Of a stretch of 14,889 nt of DNA, positions 13,127 through 14,889 are shown one piece after another (positions within the stretch are counted from its first letter, which is position 1; every line of letters begins with the position of its first letter). The position numbers were made by a program, and so were the translations under genes. Origin of the DNA: Methanobacteriota archaeon (lineage in GTDB: Archaea > Hydrothermarchaeota > Hydrothermarchaeia > Hydrothermarchaeales > JACRDW01); assembly GCA_043820925.1 (NCBI GenBank), contig JBDRDL010000031.1:1-14889 (forward strand), given 5' to 3'. The notes beneath the pieces were generated by a model, which searched no databases, had not been told where the DNA came from, and was given only the letters and a program-made list of their open reading frames with translations.

Positions 13127-14476
13127 TTATCTCCTCCATCTATATTTCTTTTCTCTTTTTCTGGTTTTTAGGATTATGGCAGCAATAACTATTGCGATTC
13201 CAGCTAGCAGATACTTACTGAGCGACGAGAAATCATACCTTCTTTCGATTTCTTTTGCCTTTTCAAGGACTTCTTGCTTTGACTCATTTATAGCGCTCGT
13301 CACATTGCTTATTTTTTCTTCGAGTTTCGATTCATTTATGGCAGGCAGCGGAGCAGGTTTTTTCCTCTCAACTATTACCTCTATGCTACTTTCGCCTACG
13401 TTTCCTTTGGCGTCTGCAGCTTTTACTGTTATAGTATGCCGGCCCTCTGGCGAAGCGCTGGTATCCCAGTTACACGGCAGCGAACCGCACGCATAGTTTC
13501 CATCTATAAATATTGCTATTCTATCGAAAGATGTTATGGACGCATTTATCGCAACTACTCCAGAAACTTTTTCTTGGTGCGAGGGGTTTGTGATATTCAC
13601 GACAGGGGGGATTGCTCTTGGCAAAACCAAGAAGTAGACGCTGTCTTCAACGGCTGCGGCTATAGAGTCTCCATCGGCAGATATAGCCACAGCTCGAGCA
13701 GTTTTATTTGCGTTGTAAGACCAGAGCAGCCTTCCATTGCTGTCTAAATAATAGATTGCACCATCAGCAGAGCTTGCGGCTATATTTTTTCCATCCTTCG
13801 AGATATCCACGCCGGAAATTTCGCTTTTGGAAAGATACATCCAGGCTTCCTTTCCATCCTCGATTAAATGGAGAAATCTGGACCCAACAATTACTTTTTG
13901 ATTGAAAATTGCAACGTCGCTTATATATCTCCCAATATTATACCGCCACTGCAGCTCATTATTTTTAAACAGGTATACGCTGCCGTTAGAGGTTCCGGCA
14001 GCAATCTCTTGAGCTGAAACCGCAATTCCGAAAACAGAGCCGTCTGTTTCATATTTCCATGATTCATTTCCCTCCCTGTCGAAGAGATAAATATAGTGGG
14101 TAGCAGAACCAGCGGTTATGTGTTCTGAAATCTCAACGTCTCTCACACCATCTCCGATTAACTTATGCCAGGATGCATTACCGCTGCTGTTGAGTAGATA
14201 TATTTTAAATTCATCTCCAACAACAATGTATTCCCCCTTAGACGAGACCGCCACGCTGAGGACAGGATAATCTGCCTTGCTTTTCCAGAGCAGGCTGCCG
14301 CTCTTGTTCAGAAAATAAACATAGCCGTCTTCAGCCCCAGCTGCTATATATTCTCCCTGTTCTGAAATCGCAACGCCATTTACAGCTCCGCCAGCGGTGT
14401 AGTTCCACCCTACTATTGGCTGCGCTTCAGCATAGGCAAAATTTAAAAGAACGATTAGTACTACTAAAGTACGCAT
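13127..14476 (-). CDS. Secreted, membrane-anchored PQQ-like/WD40 beta-propeller protein with an Ig-like domain
   Basis: Signal peptide; about 7 blades of the type VAIS..G.YIAAG..DG.VY.L...G.LLW; PPVVNITNP...WDT....G.HTITVKA.D..GN Ig-like domain; C-terminal TM helix with a basic tail. Confidence 0.88.
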   Translation of the reverse strand: MRTLVVLIVLLNFAYAEAQPIVGWNYTAGGAVNGVAISEQGEYIAAGAEDGYVYFLNKSGSLLWKSKADYPVLSVAVSSKGEYIVVGDEFKIYLLNSSGNASWHKLIGDGVRDVEISEHITAGSATHYIYLFDREGNESWKYETDGSVFGIAVSAQEIAAGTSNGSVYLFKNNELQWRYNIGRYISDVAIFNQKVIVGSRFLHLIEDGKEAWMYLSKSEISGVDISKDGKNIAASSADGAIYYLDSNGRLLWSYNANKTARAVAISADGDSIAAAVEDSVYFLVLPRAIPPVVNITNPSHQEKVSGVVAINASITSFDRIAIFIDGNYACGSLPCNWDTSASPEGRHTITVKAADAKGNVGESSIEVIVERKKPAPLPAINESKLEEKISNVTSAINESKQEVLEKAKEIERRYDFSSLSKYLLAGIAIVIAAIILKTRKREKKYRWRR

Positions 14477-14521
14477 GGTATTTGATATTCAAACAGCTAT
14501 ATATATTATTTAGGTGCAAGC

Positions 14522-14889
14522 ATGAGCATAGAATCAGCTATAGTTGAGATTTTGAATGGATTCCCTCCGGGCGCAGTCGTCGTTGCAGTTGCGATGTTTC
14601 CGCTCATAGAGTTGCGGGGAGCAATTCCATTTGCCTTGCTGAACTACAGCATGAACCCGATGGAGGCGTATGCTCTATCAGTGTTTGGAAACCTTCTGCC
14701 CGTGCTGCCATTGCTGCTCTTTTTGGAGCCTGTTGAAAAATTCCTCCGCCGCTTTAACATATTCGACAAATTCTTTGAGTCGCTGTTCAGCAGGACAAGA
14801 AAGAATGCTGAGAAAAATATTCAGAAATATGGTGCTCTCGGTCTAGCAATATTCGTTGCCGTCCCACTGCCAGCAACCGGAGCATGGAC
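14522..14889 (+). CDS. COG2426 / putative small multidrug export family membrane protein, 3'-partial
   Basis: Manual translation MSIESAIVEILNGFPPGAVVVAVAMFPLIELRGAIPFA...GNLLPV...KYGALGLAIFVAVPLPATGAW; ELRGAIP and PLPxTGAW are family motifs. Confidence 0.88.
   Translation, partial: MSIESAIVEILNGFPPGAVVVAVAMFPLIELRGAIPFALLNYSMNPMEAYALSVFGNLLPVLPLLLFLEPVEKFLRRFNIFDKFFESLFSRTRKNAEKNIQKYGALGLAIFVAVPLPATGAW

Overview
Archaeal chromosomal window, about 15 kb, with BRE/TATA promoters, FtsZ2, F420 and methanopterin genes and archaeal-type tRNAs. A euryarchaeal-grade anaerobe using H4MPT/F420 is inferred; the exact lineage cannot be fixed from sequence alone. Left to right: (i) an AT-rich block with a divergent geranylgeranyl-reductase-family flavoprotein and an uncalled multi-TM membrane protein running off the edge; (ii) a DUF4258-like toxin and Zn-finger/AbrB antitoxin pair with a perfect palindromic operator; (iii) a signalling patch: 43-aa membrane peptide, KaiC/RAD55-like ATPase, atypical Lrp/AsnC regulator and two decayed receiver domains; (iv) PadR divergent from ino1; (v) ftsZ2 with two small ORFs downstream and a divergent tandem-repeat/winged-helix gene, with GTGAAT boxes over both promoters; (vi) a coupled operon cofE-cofD-citG-like-DUF447-dmrX; (vii) convergent tRNA-Gly(CCC) and tRNA-Val(CAC), each with a hairpin array upstream, a frameshifted methylthiotransferase stub between them and a 23-bp duplicate of the tRNA-Val 5' end; (viii) a membrane-anchored beta-propeller/Ig protein and a partial COG2426 protein. 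Best novelty candidates: the putative non-CdrS ftsZ2 regulatory module and the hairpin/duplication architecture at the tRNAs. All calls come from manual reading; no searches were run.
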